Source: an uncultured Phycisphaeraceae bacterium (GTDB lineage: Bacteria; Planctomycetota; Phycisphaerae; Phycisphaerales; UBA1924). From it: a stretch of 57,992 nt of DNA. This document shows positions 45,510-55,235 of the stretch, one piece after another (the first letter of the stretch is position 1; the number at the start of each line of letters is the position of its first letter). The notes under the pieces were generated by a model, which saw only the letters and a program-made list of their open reading frames with translations, was not told the origin of the DNA and did not search any database. Location: contig CAZJXA010000001.1 of the NCBI GenBank assembly GCA_964549785.1, positions 4,083 to 62,074 of the forward strand, written 5' to 3'. The translations under genes were made by a program, and so were the position numbers.

Positions 45510-46622
45510 ATGTCATTGACCCGCTGCCGAACGCTGATCCTCGTTGCCCCGCTCATCGCCAACCTGACGGGCTGCGAGTCGTCCGGCGGTCCGGGCGAGA
45601 AGGGAAGCACGCCGTCGGTCGCCGCGCGTGCCACGGCGATCTCAAACCCCGGTTCTCCATCCGCGGTTCCCACCGCCTCGCCCTCGGCCCCGGGCGCGAA
45701 ATCCGTCTCGCAGTCCCAACTCCGCGAGCGGGCCATCGACCAGATTCAACAATCCTCCCGGAGCAACGACCCCGCCGTCCGGGCCAACGCCGTCGAAGCC
45801 GCCGGACGCGTGAAAGGGCGTCTCAAGTCGGTGGTCACCAAGGGGCTCAGCGACCCGAACCTGGGCGTCCGGGCGGTCGCCGCCACCACCATCGGCCGCG
45901 CAGGGCTGAAGGACTTGGCCGAGAGCACGCGCCCGCTCCTCACGGATGAATCACCGCTGGTTCGCACTAGCGCGGTGTTTGCGCTCACGAAGGCCCGGGC
46001 GGCCGTCGATCCTTCACCACTGGCCGATCTCTTGCTCACGGGAGCCACCACGCGGGGCCGCGCCCACGCCGCGTTCCTCCTCGGCGAAATCGGGAACACC
46101 ACGGCACTCCCGCTGCTACGCCAAGCCATGAATCAGCCGGTTCCTGGGTCGGGGATCGACGAACTCAAACTCTTCCAACTGCAACTGTCCGAGGCCATGG
46201 TCAAACTCGGCGACGGCGATATGCGACAATCGCTTCGGGCCGCCCTCTATCCCTCCCGTCCCGAGGAACTGGAAGCTGCGGCTCTTGCCGCCCAGATCTT
46301 GGGCGAAGTTGGGGACCGCGCCGCCGCCGACCAGCTGGTCTATCTGACAGAATACCGGGATCCATCGGGAAACTTCTATCCGGCCGAAGTCCGCCTCGCC
46401 GCGGCCGCCAGCCTCGCCAAACTCGGTGTTCGCGGCGGTTCGTTCATCCCCGACACCTATGTCAACAACGTCAACCCGGCCGTGCGGGGTCAGGTGGCCT
46501 TCACTTACGGCAACATCGGCGGCCCAGCGGCTTTTTCTCGGTTGGAAGCGCTCCTGAATGACCCCGTTGAGTCAGTGCGTTTGACTGCCGCATTCGCGGT
46601 GATTCGGGCTGGCGATCAGTAA
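45510..46622 (+). CDS. HEAT-repeat lipoprotein
   Basis: ATG 45510 (MSLTRCRTLILVAPLIANLTGC lipobox). Repeated D-VR--A---LG- HEAT/PBS-type units through the C-terminus. Confidence 0.8.
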   Translation: MSLTRCRTLILVAPLIANLTGCESSGGPGEKGSTPSVAARATAISNPGSPSAVPTASPSAPGAKSVSQSQLRERAIDQIQQSSRSNDPAVRANAVEAAGRVKGRLKSVVTKGLSDPNLGVRAVAATTIGRAGLKDLAESTRPLLTDESPLVRTSAVFALTKARAAVDPSPLADLLLTGATTRGRAHAAFLLGEIGNTTALPLLRQAMNQPVPGSGIDELKLFQLQLSEAMVKLGDGDMRQSLRAALYPSRPEELEAAALAAQILGEVGDRAAADQLVYLTEYRDPSGNFYPAEVRLAAAASLAKLGVRGGSFIPDTYVNNVNPAVRGQVAFTYGNIGGPAAFSRLEALLNDPVESVRLTAAFAVIRAGDQ

Positions 46623-46882
46623 GGCTGGAACCCGTGGCGGGCGCTCAAGGCTCAAAGAAGCCGGGTCACGGCTAACGGACGCCTTGTCCACAGTTCCCGC
46701 CTGGGTCGCCAGCAAACCGTCGCGAATCCCGCTATCCTGTGCCCCTGTCCCGACCTTTGGATTGACGGACCGGATGTCCGCAATCTCGGATACAGTGTTG
46801 AGAGTCGTCGAAACCGACGCCAGCCGCTTGCGAATGGAACGCCACCACCGGTGTTTCCACTCCCGGTTTGCCCCGGCGAGCG

Positions 46883-47752
46883 ATGTTTGAGGAGCCCATT
46901 GTGCACGTTCTGACCAAAGTCTTCCTGGTGTTCGCAGCCGTCCTCAGCATCGGCCTTTCGGCCCTGACCATCGCGTACGCGGTCAATACCGACCGCATCG
47001 CGGCGGATTACAATTCGGCCCTCGCTTCCAAGGCGGTTGCCGAGGCCCAGGTCGCCACGAACCTCGCGGCCTCGGGCGAGCGTGAGCGGGCCAACGCCGC
47101 ACAACTCGAACAATTGAACCGCGATATCGCCTCGCGCGATTCCCAGGTGCGGCAACTGGATGCCGAGCGGGCCTCGCTGCTCACCGAAAAGAACAAGGCC
47201 GAGGCGGCTCGCCAGAGCGTGGAATCCAAGATCGCCGAACTGGGCGAAACCACCAAGACCCAAGCCTCCCTGATCGAGAGTTACACCAACGAGGTCCGCA
47301 CCCTCCGCACCAATGAACTCAGGTATCGGCAGCAGTCGCTGGACATGGAAGACCGCATGAGCGATCTCGAGAGCCAGCGCGAGGTGCTCGACCAGAACTA
47401 CCGCGCGGTTCAGGAAGAACTCGCCGAGGCCCGCCGCACCACCGACGGCGTCCGCACCGGCACCACCGCCTCTGCCGACCAGCCGTTCACCTACGCCGGC
47501 GCGACCATCACGGGAAGCGTCGAGGAAGTGGCGGCCGATGGCGCCAGCGGCGGGACACTCGTTAAAATTAATGTGGGCAGCAACGACCGGGTCACGAAGA
47601 ACATGCGGTTCCATGTGATTCGCGATAACACGTTTGTCGGCAATCTCGTCGTCGTCCAGTCCGATCTCAAGTGGTCGGTGGCCCGCTTCGACGACCTGGG
47701 CCGCGGCAGCGCCGCCCGCACCGGCGACCGCGTCCTCTCGCGTCTTGAGTAA
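46883..47752 (+). CDS. membrane-anchored coiled-coil protein with C-terminal beta-rich domain
   Basis: Start at ATG 46883, or GTG 46901 after GAGGAG. TM segment VLTKVFLVFAAVLSIGLSALTIAYAV. About 180 aa of heptad-like Q/E/R/L-rich sequence. C-terminal block GTLVKINVGSNDRVTKNMRFHVIRD-FVGNLVVVQSD.... Confidence 0.7.
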   Translation: MFEEPIVHVLTKVFLVFAAVLSIGLSALTIAYAVNTDRIAADYNSALASKAVAEAQVATNLAASGERERANAAQLEQLNRDIASRDSQVRQLDAERASLLTEKNKAEAARQSVESKIAELGETTKTQASLIESYTNEVRTLRTNELRYRQQSLDMEDRMSDLESQREVLDQNYRAVQEELAEARRTTDGVRTGTTASADQPFTYAGATITGSVEEVAADGASGGTLVKINVGSNDRVTKNMRFHVIRDNTFVGNLVVVQSDLKWSVARFDDLGRGSAARTGDRVLSRLE

Positions 47753-47797
47753 CACGTTCCAGCGGCAACTGAACCGCCGCTTTTTCGGAGTCCTCGC

Positions 47798-48007
47798 ATG
47801 AGTCAGTTCGGAATGCAAATGCCTGGCGCTCGCCTGCGGCGCGCGGCGAACCCCGATGTCTACACCGGCCTGATGGTGCTCGCGACCGCGTTTCTGCTGG
47901 CCGCGTGTATCGTGATGTTCGGCGCGGCCTCCAAGGTCGGCAAGGGCGGCAGCGCCTTCACTCTCCAAGAAGCGGCCAAAATCGAGATCGCCGGCGCCAC
48001 GAAATGA
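47798..48007 (+). CDS. small single-TM protein
   Basis: MSQFGMQMPGARLRRAANPDVYTGLMVLATAFLLAACIVMFGAA.... Its stop overlaps the next gene's ATG (ATGA). Confidence 0.55.
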   Translation: MSQFGMQMPGARLRRAANPDVYTGLMVLATAFLLAACIVMFGAASKVGKGGSAFTLQEAAKIEIAGATK

Positions 48008-48492
48008 TCGCGTTCGGGCGGGTCGTGGTCGCGGTGCTGATGCTCACCTCGGTGTTCGGCTGCGACCGTGACAAACCGCCTTTGCTGATCGTTGCGAACG
48101 CGCCGGCTGGTGACACTTCGATTCTCCACATGAAGGCCGTCGCGAAAGTCGGTGAACGGGTGACCGTGCGCGGCCGAATCGGTGGTCAGGCCCGCGCCTT
48201 CATCGAAGAAGACCGCGAGTTCCGGATGATGGATCTTTCGGTGCCGTACTGCGGCGCGGGCGACCCGGAGGCGGCCTGCCCCCAGCCGTGGGACTACTGC
48301 TGCGAGAAAAAGGAATTGAAGGCTGCCGCGGGGTTCCGGGCTCGCATTGCCCCTCCGCAGTGGCGGCGGGAGCACTTCGGACCGCTGAAGCCGTTGATGG
48401 AAGTCGTGGTGACCGGAACGGTGTCGTCTATCGGGCCCGAGTGGATCGTCGAGGTCGATTCGGTTCACATCGCGGCCGACCCGGGCGGCTGA
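48004..48492 (+). CDS. Cys-containing lipoprotein of unknown function
   Basis: ATG 48004 (MIAFGRVVVAVLMLTSVFGC lipobox). ...VPYCGAGDPEAACPQPWDYCCEKKE... is a five-Cys cluster. Confidence 0.65.
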   Translation: MIAFGRVVVAVLMLTSVFGCDRDKPPLLIVANAPAGDTSILHMKAVAKVGERVTVRGRIGGQARAFIEEDREFRMMDLSVPYCGAGDPEAACPQPWDYCCEKKELKAAAGFRARIAPPQWRREHFGPLKPLMEVVVTGTVSSIGPEWIVEVDSVHIAADPGG

Positions 48493-48549
48493 TGGGCTCG
48501 CTGCGACTGGGCTGAAGTGTCGCCCTCAAAGGGACCGGTCTTGTGTTCC

Positions 48550-49314
48550 TCAGCGAACCGCGCCGTCAAACAGCGTTCCGACGTTCTTCCAGTTGATGAC
48601 ATTCACGAAGGCCGAGACGTAGTCGGGCCGCTTGTTCTGATACTTCAGGTAGTACGCGTGCTCCCACACGTCGATACCAAGGATCGGACTGACCGCGGTC
48701 GGGAGCATGTCCTGCTGCTTTTCCTGCTGCACGACGATGAGCCGCTTCGAGAGCCGGTCGACACCGAGCCACGCCCATCCTCCGCCCTCCACCTGCTGGG
48801 CGGCGGCCTTGAACTGCGCCAGAAATTTCTCGAACGATCCGAAGTCGCGGTCCACGGCCTTGGCTAAGTCCCCGGACGGAGTTCCGCCCCCGCCTTTTCC
48901 CGCCGGCGCCATCAACTGCCAGAATAAGCAGTGATTGACGTGTCCGGACAGATGAAAACTGAGTTCGCGGCTCCAGTGTTTCACGAGGCTCACGTCGCCC
49001 CCGCCCTCGCGGATATTGCGGAGTTCCGCCGCCGCCTTATTCGCGCCATCGACGTAAGAGTTGTGGTGCTTGGCGCGATGGATATCCATCGTTTGGGCGT
49101 CGATATGCGGTTCCAGCGCCGCTTTGTCGTACGGAAGGGCGGGCAGTTTGTAGACCGAGTTGTCCGCATCCCAGCCGCCGAGGTCCAATGGCTTCGCCGG
49201 GTTGACGATCACGGCTGGCTTGAACGGATCGCCCGGTTGCCCGAAGGCGGATGCCCCCGCTCCCGCGACGAGCAAAGCGGCGGGTGCGGCGGCGATAACT
49301 TGACGACGATTCAT
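48550..49314 (-). CDS. Fe/Mn superoxide dismutase with twin-arginine (Tat) signal peptide
   Basis: ATG 49314 is 8 nt after AGGAGG. MNRRQVIAAAPAALLVAGAGASAFG, then KLPALPYDKAALEPHIDAQTMDIHRAKHHNSYV...DVWEHAYYLKYQNKRPDY. Confidence 0.9.
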   Translation of the reverse strand: MNRRQVIAAAPAALLVAGAGASAFGQPGDPFKPAVIVNPAKPLDLGGWDADNSVYKLPALPYDKAALEPHIDAQTMDIHRAKHHNSYVDGANKAAAELRNIREGGGDVSLVKHWSRELSFHLSGHVNHCLFWQLMAPAGKGGGGTPSGDLAKAVDRDFGSFEKFLAQFKAAAQQVEGGGWAWLGVDRLSKRLIVVQQEKQQDMLPTAVSPILGIDVWEHAYYLKYQNKRPDYVSAFVNVINWKNVGTLFDGAVR

Positions 49315-49372
49315 TCGCGGACCTCCTGATGACATGTTGAACACCTTGTGACCACACCACACTCGTGCGACG

Positions 49373-52300
49373 TTATGGAGCCGGGGGCAGTTCGCGGATG
49401 AAAATATTCGCAAATTGCACGGGGTCCCCGTGATTCTGTAGCGCGAGCGGCCCTTCCGCCGCCACGCCCGGCAACTCCGCGTCCTCTATCACGGTCACAC
49501 CGTTCAGCACCACCGTCAGCCGCTCGCCCCGCATCGTGATGTGGAAGCGATTCCACTCCCCGAGCGGCCGGTCCGCGGCCGAGGAAGGCGTTACACCGGC
49601 CCGCACGGCCGCAGTCAGGCCGGGATCGGTGCGATACCCGTACACCTCGCCCGACCCGATGGGCCAGCACCAGATGTTGACCTGGCTCTTGCTGCTGCCG
49701 CGGAGATAGATGCCGCTATCGCCCGCATCCGGCACCGAAACCATCGTCGGCGTGCCGTCGGGGTTGATGGCGTCGTCGCCGCTCGCGAGAATGACCGGAC
49801 GATCCTTCGGCGTTGGCTTCGCGGTAAAACGCCAGTCGGCGATCAACTCAAAGTCACGGTACGACCGGTCGGTCCACAAGTCTCCGCCCTTGCCATCGAA
49901 GGAGAGGGTCCAATCGTCCGGCAACCAGTGTCCGACGACGTCCTCGGTCACCTTCCAGCCGGTCAGATCGACGCCGTTGTACAGCGGAGCAAAGCCGTTG
50001 GCGGTTGACGGATTGTTTGCGGTCGTCGCGCTCGTAATCGTGCCGGAATCGGGCAGCGGCTTGATTCTCAGGTTCCGAAAGTGGACCTCCGAGCCTTCAG
50101 ACTCCAAACAGATAAAGCCTTTCCGGGGCGAGCATGCCGAACCCCGCGTCACCACCTTCCCGTTGACGGCCAGCGTCACCGCCCCGTCCACACACTCGAC
50201 GCGGTAGTGATTCCATTCCGGCGAGGGGTTCATGCGTTTTTCGGTCGGGAACGCCCGTTCGCCGCCGCGACCGTTCGCCGGTTTCATGGTGGCCCCGTGG
50301 ATGGGGAAAATATCGCCGTCGGAGGTGTACCCCTCGCCTTCGTTGCCGTCCATCACCTGCACTTCGACCGAGCGCGTGAAGGGCTGACCCACGGCCGTCA
50401 ATGGATCGCTCCACACAAAGAGCCCGGCGTTGCCGCCGGCTTTCAGGTGCCGGAATTCCAGTTCGAGGACGAAGTTCTCGTGCATCTCGGGGCTGCGGAG
50501 CACCCCGGTTGGAAACCCCGAGCACACGATCATCCCGTCACGGGCCGTCCAGGTCGAGGCGGCGCCGTTGACGTTCGTCCATCCGCTCAGGGTGGTGCCG
50601 TCGAACATCGGTATGAACGCCGGATCGGTCGTGAGGTATCGCGTATGCCCGGCGTCCATCGTTGGCGGCAGCGGGCTCTCCCAATCGTCGGTGCGGAACG
50701 GCAGAGCCGGCAACCCGGCGGCGTTGGCAAGCGACGCCACGGGCGACGCCGACCATGAGTACCGAACGGCCACGGGGTTCGGAACCCGCGCGCTCGAAAC
50801 AATCACGCTCTCGCCGTCGATCGTTGCGTTGGCTTCATAGAACTGTTTGTCGCTCCCCGCGACCAGAAAGCCCGCGAGCGCTTGCCCCGGCGGGGAATTT
50901 CCGCCTCGAAGCCCGCCCGCAGCGAACGCGAACCGGCATCGGATGAGCGCCCCCTCGACGGTGTGCCCGTGGTACACCGGCCCCGAAAACGCGATCTCGT
51001 CCCCGCCGCGATTCTCCACGCCGTACGTCCGCGATAACGCCCACGCCGCCAGCCGCCTACCGACCTCCTGCTTGTTGTCCGGATGAATGTCCTTGGCGTT
51101 TCCAAGGTCCAGCGTTCCGACCATCCCGGTGTGCGGCACGGCCAACGTGAACATCTGGGCCTCGCGTAACCGCGCGGCCGCATCTCCATCCTTGTACGAG
51201 AAGGGGGCGATCTGGACGTAATAGAACGGCATCGCGGGATTCCGGAAGTGCCCGCGCCAGTCGGCGATCAGCGCCGGAAAAAGTTTCGAGTATTGCGCCG
51301 CTCGCCCGACGTTGGACTCGCCCTGATACCAGATCGTGCCGCGGAACGTGAACGGAGCCAGCGGGGCCACCATCCCGTTGAAAAGCACGCTCGGCAGGCC
51401 GGGCCGCATCACCGATTCCGAATGCGGCGGGATTTCGGACACTTCCGGCCCAGGGCGGCGCTGCCACTTTCCCGCCAACGGCACGGCCGTCCCATCGGCC
51501 AGCGTCAACTTCATTTGCTCGGCGGTTCCGCCAAACCCCCCCGGCCCCGCCGTGTCCAGCACCCGCACCGCGATCATGTTCTCGCCAGCTTTCAAGACCC
51601 CCGCCGGAACTGCGTATTTCCGTGGGGTGTTCCACTGACCGTCGTCGCGGTGCCCGCCGACCAACGTCCCGTTGATGAACGTTTCGTCGCGATCATCGAT
51701 CGGGCCCAATTCGAGGGAGGCCCGTTCGAGCGATCCCGGTTCGAGCGAGGCCGGTGTGCCGGATGCGCCTCCGGCTTGGGCGTCGCCTGAAACCGTAAAC
51801 CCACGACGAAAATAGACCACGCCGTCAAACTTCTCCAACCCCGGGCCGCCGAACCCGCCCGGGAGCGTGCACGGCTCCCACCCGCCGGCGCCCGGGCCGG
51901 ACTCTTCGCCCAACCGCCACCCCTCGCCGATCGGTTTTTCGCCCAGGCGGTCAAGCCCCGACCACCACCGCAGCGAGACGTCTTTCGAAAGGCGCCCCCG
52001 CGTGTTCGGATCGTTCATCGCCGCCAGCATCCCGACTGAATCCGCAAACTCCGGGAATGCCGCAAGGCAGCTGCGCGACACCCAACTCTCGGCCGGCGTC
52101 CCGCCCCAGGTCGCATCGATGATCCCGATCGGGACGTCGCTCCCCGCAACGCCCAAGTGTTCTCGCAGTGCCCGCGCAAAGAAGTAACCAACCGCCGTGA
52201 CACCCGCCGCGGTATCCGGGCGGACCACTTTCCAAGAACCCCGGCAATCGGTCCGTTCTGTCGGTGCCATCGCGTTCTCAACCGTGAACACCCGGATTCC

Positions 52301-52735
52301 CGGGTGGTCGGCGCGGGTTATCTCATCGGCCGCGGACGGCACGCCTTCCCGCCCCTGGCCGATCGCGCCGAGCGGCCACTCCATGTTTGATTGCCCGGAG
52401 GCGAGCCATACCTCCCCGATCATCAGGTCTTTCAACGTCACCGTGTTCCCGCCGCTCACCGTGAGTGTGTACGGACCCCCGGCTCCGGGCGTTGTCACCG
52501 TCGACTCAAACCGTCCGCGCTCATCGGCCTTGAGCGCGACACTCGGCCCCGGCCACGAAGGGTCGATCGTGACACTCTCGCCCGCATCCGCCCAGCCCCA
52601 GACCACGACCTCGCTCGATCGCTGCAAGACCATCGAATCCGCGAAGATCCGCGGCAGCGACACATCCGCTCGGGAAACCGCGCAACACGCCGACGCAACA
52701 AGCCACCCCGCCACTATGGCCGCTCTTAATCGCAT
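49373..52735 (-). CDS. exported multidomain protein: sialate O-acetylesterase-like (SGNH/SASA) N-terminal part fused to two DUF1080 (3-keto-disaccharide hydrolase/LamG-like) domains
   Basis: Signal MRLRAAIVAGWLVASACCAVSRA. LPRIFADSMVLQR...GEVWLASGQSNMEWPL (SASA). Then FDGTTLSGWTNVNG...ENFVLELEFRHLKAGGNAGLFVWSD and YNGVDLTGWKV...RDFELIADWRF...GDSGIYLRG (DUF1080 x2). Confidence 0.85.
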   Translation of the reverse strand: MRLRAAIVAGWLVASACCAVSRADVSLPRIFADSMVLQRSSEVVVWGWADAGESVTIDPSWPGPSVALKADERGRFESTVTTPGAGGPYTLTVSGGNTVTLKDLMIGEVWLASGQSNMEWPLGAIGQGREGVPSAADEITRADHPGIRVFTVENAMAPTERTDCRGSWKVVRPDTAAGVTAVGYFFARALREHLGVAGSDVPIGIIDATWGGTPAESWVSRSCLAAFPEFADSVGMLAAMNDPNTRGRLSKDVSLRWWSGLDRLGEKPIGEGWRLGEESGPGAGGWEPCTLPGGFGGPGLEKFDGVVYFRRGFTVSGDAQAGGASGTPASLEPGSLERASLELGPIDDRDETFINGTLVGGHRDDGQWNTPRKYAVPAGVLKAGENMIAVRVLDTAGPGGFGGTAEQMKLTLADGTAVPLAGKWQRRPGPEVSEIPPHSESVMRPGLPSVLFNGMVAPLAPFTFRGTIWYQGESNVGRAAQYSKLFPALIADWRGHFRNPAMPFYYVQIAPFSYKDGDAAARLREAQMFTLAVPHTGMVGTLDLGNAKDIHPDNKQEVGRRLAAWALSRTYGVENRGGDEIAFSGPVYHGHTVEGALIRCRFAFAAGGLRGGNSPPGQALAGFLVAGSDKQFYEANATIDGESVIVSSARVPNPVAVRYSWSASPVASLANAAGLPALPFRTDDWESPLPPTMDAGHTRYLTTDPAFIPMFDGTTLSGWTNVNGAASTWTARDGMIVCSGFPTGVLRSPEMHENFVLELEFRHLKAGGNAGLFVWSDPLTAVGQPFTRSVEVQVMDGNEGEGYTSDGDIFPIHGATMKPANGRGGERAFPTEKRMNPSPEWNHYRVECVDGAVTLAVNGKVVTRGSACSPRKGFICLESEGSEVHFRNLRIKPLPDSGTITSATTANNPSTANGFAPLYNGVDLTGWKVTEDVVGHWLPDDWTLSFDGKGGDLWTDRSYRDFELIADWRFTAKPTPKDRPVILASGDDAINPDGTPTMVSVPDAGDSGIYLRGSSKSQVNIWCWPIGSGEVYGYRTDPGLTAAVRAGVTPSSAADRPLGEWNRFHITMRGERLTVVLNGVTVIEDAELPGVAAEGPLALQNHGDPVQFANIFIRELPPAP

Positions 52736-52780
52736 ACTCGTATTTCCTTGCCCGATGCCGGCCCCTCGTGCCCAGTGCCT

Positions 52781-53260
52781 TCATTCCACTTCAAACAGAA
52801 ACTCGATCTCCACCGGCGCCCCCAGCGGCAGGCAGTTCGTGCCCACCGCTGCCCGCGCATGCTGGCCACGCTCGCCGAAAATGTTCACGAGCAGCTCGCT
52901 CGCCGCGTTCGCCACTTTCGGCTGGTCATAGAACCCCGCATCGCTCGCCACGAACACGCCCAGCCGGATCGCCTGCCGGACCTTCGAAAGCGTTCCGACC
53001 GCCGCCTTGACGTTCGCAAGCCCGTTCAGCACGCATTGCCGGGCGCACTCGTGCGACTCCTCCATCGTGACCTGCGAAGGCACCGAGCCTTTCGCGATCA
53101 GGGCCCCCGCCCGCATCGGGATCTGCGCCGCGATAAATAACAGGTTCCCGCTCCGCCGGAACGGGATGTAGGCCGCCACCGGTTTCGCCGATTCCGGCAA
53201 CACGAACCCCAATTCCAGCAACTTTGCTTCCGGGTCAAACGCTTCCGTCGTGGTCGTCAT
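52781..53260 (-). CDS. RidA/YjgF-family protein
   Basis: ATG 53260 (MTTTTEAFDPEAKLLELGFVLPE...). ...RLGVFVAS...AAVGTNCLPLGAPVEIEFLFEV is the typical RidA C-terminus. Confidence 0.85.
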   Translation of the reverse strand: MTTTTEAFDPEAKLLELGFVLPESAKPVAAYIPFRRSGNLLFIAAQIPMRAGALIAKGSVPSQVTMEESHECARQCVLNGLANVKAAVGTLSKVRQAIRLGVFVASDAGFYDQPKVANAASELLVNIFGERGQHARAAVGTNCLPLGAPVEIEFLFEVE

Positions 53261-53339
53261 AGCGCAAGCGTACCACGCCGCGAGCCCTCCCGGGATTTGC
53301 GGTGATTCGCCGTCGCCGCCAAGACCACTACCATCACCC

Positions 53340-55235
53340 ATGCCCGGCACGGAAGCCCCTTCCCACCCACGAATCCAGCGCCTCAGCCCCTTGGTCGCCA
53401 GTCAGATCGCGGCGGGGGAGGTGGTCGAGCGGCCCGCCTCGATCGTCAAGGAATTGGTCGAAAACTCGATCGATGCCGGTGCCACCCGCATCATCGCGGA
53501 GCTCGAACACGGCGGCATCGAACTCGTCCGCATCATCGACGACGGTCACGGCATCGCCGAATCCGATCTGGCTATGGCCGTCGCGGCCCACGCCACCAGC
53601 AAAATCCGCACCACCGCCGATCTCGACTCCATCGCCACCCTCGGGTTTCGCGGCGAAGCCCTCGCCTCCATCGCCTCAGTCTCACGCCTCTCCATCCGCT
53701 CCCGCACCGCCGGCAGCGACGGAGCCTTCGTCCTCGAACTGGAAGGGCTTGATGGCACCGCTGTCCGGCCCGCTTCCGGCCCCATCGGCACCATCGTCTC
53801 GGCACGGAATCTCTTCTTTAACACGCCCGCCCGCCGCAAGTTTCTGCGCACGGTGCCCACCGAGCTCGAACGCTGCACCGACTCATTCCGGGCGATCGCG
53901 CTCGCGCACCCGCACATTGGCTTCCGCGCAGAGGCCGATGGGAGAACGCTCCTCGACGTTCCGAAAGACCAGTCACCCCGCGAGCGAGTTCTCGCGATCT
54001 TGGGCAAAGAACTGGGTCCGCAACTCTTTGAGGTCAGCGCCGACGAGTTTGACGACACCCGGGGCGTCGCCATCTGGGGCATGGCCGGCCATCCCGAGAT
54101 CGCCCGCGCCAGCGCCCGTTCCCAGCACCTCTTTATCAACGGCCGCTGCATCCGCGACCGCACCGTCCAGCACGCCGTGGCCGAGGCCTACCGCGGCCTC
54201 ATCGAGCCTGGCCGGTACCCCACGATTGTCCTGCATATCGAGATGCACCCGGGCGCGGTCGACGTCAACGTTCACCCTTCCAAGGCCGAGGTCCGCTTCC
54301 GCGACAGCGGCGTCGTTCACTCCGCCGTCACCCGCAGCATCCGATCCGCCCTCGCCAAGCAGGACCTGACCCCGCTCCTCAATTTCGTTCGGCCCATTCC
54401 AACGCCGGTTGTCGAAACCCTCCGACTCCCCCTGGAGCTTCCGGGCTCGGGCCGGCCAGGAAACCGCGGTCCCGCGCCGTCGCCCGGCGGCAACTCGGCA
54501 TTTTCCGATTTCTTCACTCGGCCTGCGTCGCCCCCGCAGCAACGCTTTGATTACGCTGCGATCAAGTCCTCCCTCGACGCGGGTGCGGTTGGGTCTGGTG
54601 GGCTCACGGGCGTGCCGGTCGCGCCCGTCATGCCGCTCCCGGAGCCGCTCAGCCGAATCCTCCAGGTTCACAAGAGTTACCTGGTCACGCAGGACGAACA
54701 AGGCGTTGTGATCATCGATCAGCACGCCCTCCACGAGCGGGCCATGTTTGAGTACCTGCTGGCCCGCGTGCTCGACGGCGGACTGGAAACCCAGCACCTG
54801 CTCACACCAGTTCCCATCCCCGCCACCGCCCGCCAGATCGAACGGCTGGAAGACCTCGCCCCGCTCCTTGCACGCATCGGGATCCAAGCGGAACCCGGCG
54901 GCCCGGTCTCGGTCCTCTGTCGCGGCTTCCCCACCTTCCTCTTTGACCGCAACGTAGACCCGGTCGAGTTCCTGTCCGGTCTCCTTGAAAAAGCCGAGAG
55001 CGACGCCTTTATGAGCGACCTCGCATCGGGCAGTGAAGAAGCCCTGCGGGACGTTCTTGACATGATGTCCTGCAAGGCCGCGGTCAAGGCCGGCGACCGA
55101 ATGAGCGAGTCCGAACTCACCGCGCTGGTACGACTGCGTGAGGACGTCGAACGCTCCAGCAACTGCCCCCACGGCAGGCCGACGAGTGTGCGCCTCACCA
55201 TCCGCGAGCTCGAAAAACTCTTCCACCGTTCATGA
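53340..55235 (+). CDS. mutL: DNA mismatch repair protein MutL
   Basis: ATG 53340. IQRLSPLVASQIAAGEVVERPASIVKELVENSIDAGAT...DDGHGI...GFRGEALASI (GHKL ATPase). The C-terminal dimerisation/endonuclease domain ends ...CPHGRPT. Confidence 0.92.
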   Translation: MPGTEAPSHPRIQRLSPLVASQIAAGEVVERPASIVKELVENSIDAGATRIIAELEHGGIELVRIIDDGHGIAESDLAMAVAAHATSKIRTTADLDSIATLGFRGEALASIASVSRLSIRSRTAGSDGAFVLELEGLDGTAVRPASGPIGTIVSARNLFFNTPARRKFLRTVPTELERCTDSFRAIALAHPHIGFRAEADGRTLLDVPKDQSPRERVLAILGKELGPQLFEVSADEFDDTRGVAIWGMAGHPEIARASARSQHLFINGRCIRDRTVQHAVAEAYRGLIEPGRYPTIVLHIEMHPGAVDVNVHPSKAEVRFRDSGVVHSAVTRSIRSALAKQDLTPLLNFVRPIPTPVVETLRLPLELPGSGRPGNRGPAPSPGGNSAFSDFFTRPASPPQQRFDYAAIKSSLDAGAVGSGGLTGVPVAPVMPLPEPLSRILQVHKSYLVTQDEQGVVIIDQHALHERAMFEYLLARVLDGGLETQHLLTPVPIPATARQIERLEDLAPLLARIGIQAEPGGPVSVLCRGFPTFLFDRNVDPVEFLSGLLEKAESDAFMSDLASGSEEALRDVLDMMSCKAAVKAGDRMSESELTALVRLREDVERSSNCPHGRPTSVRLTIRELEKLFHRS

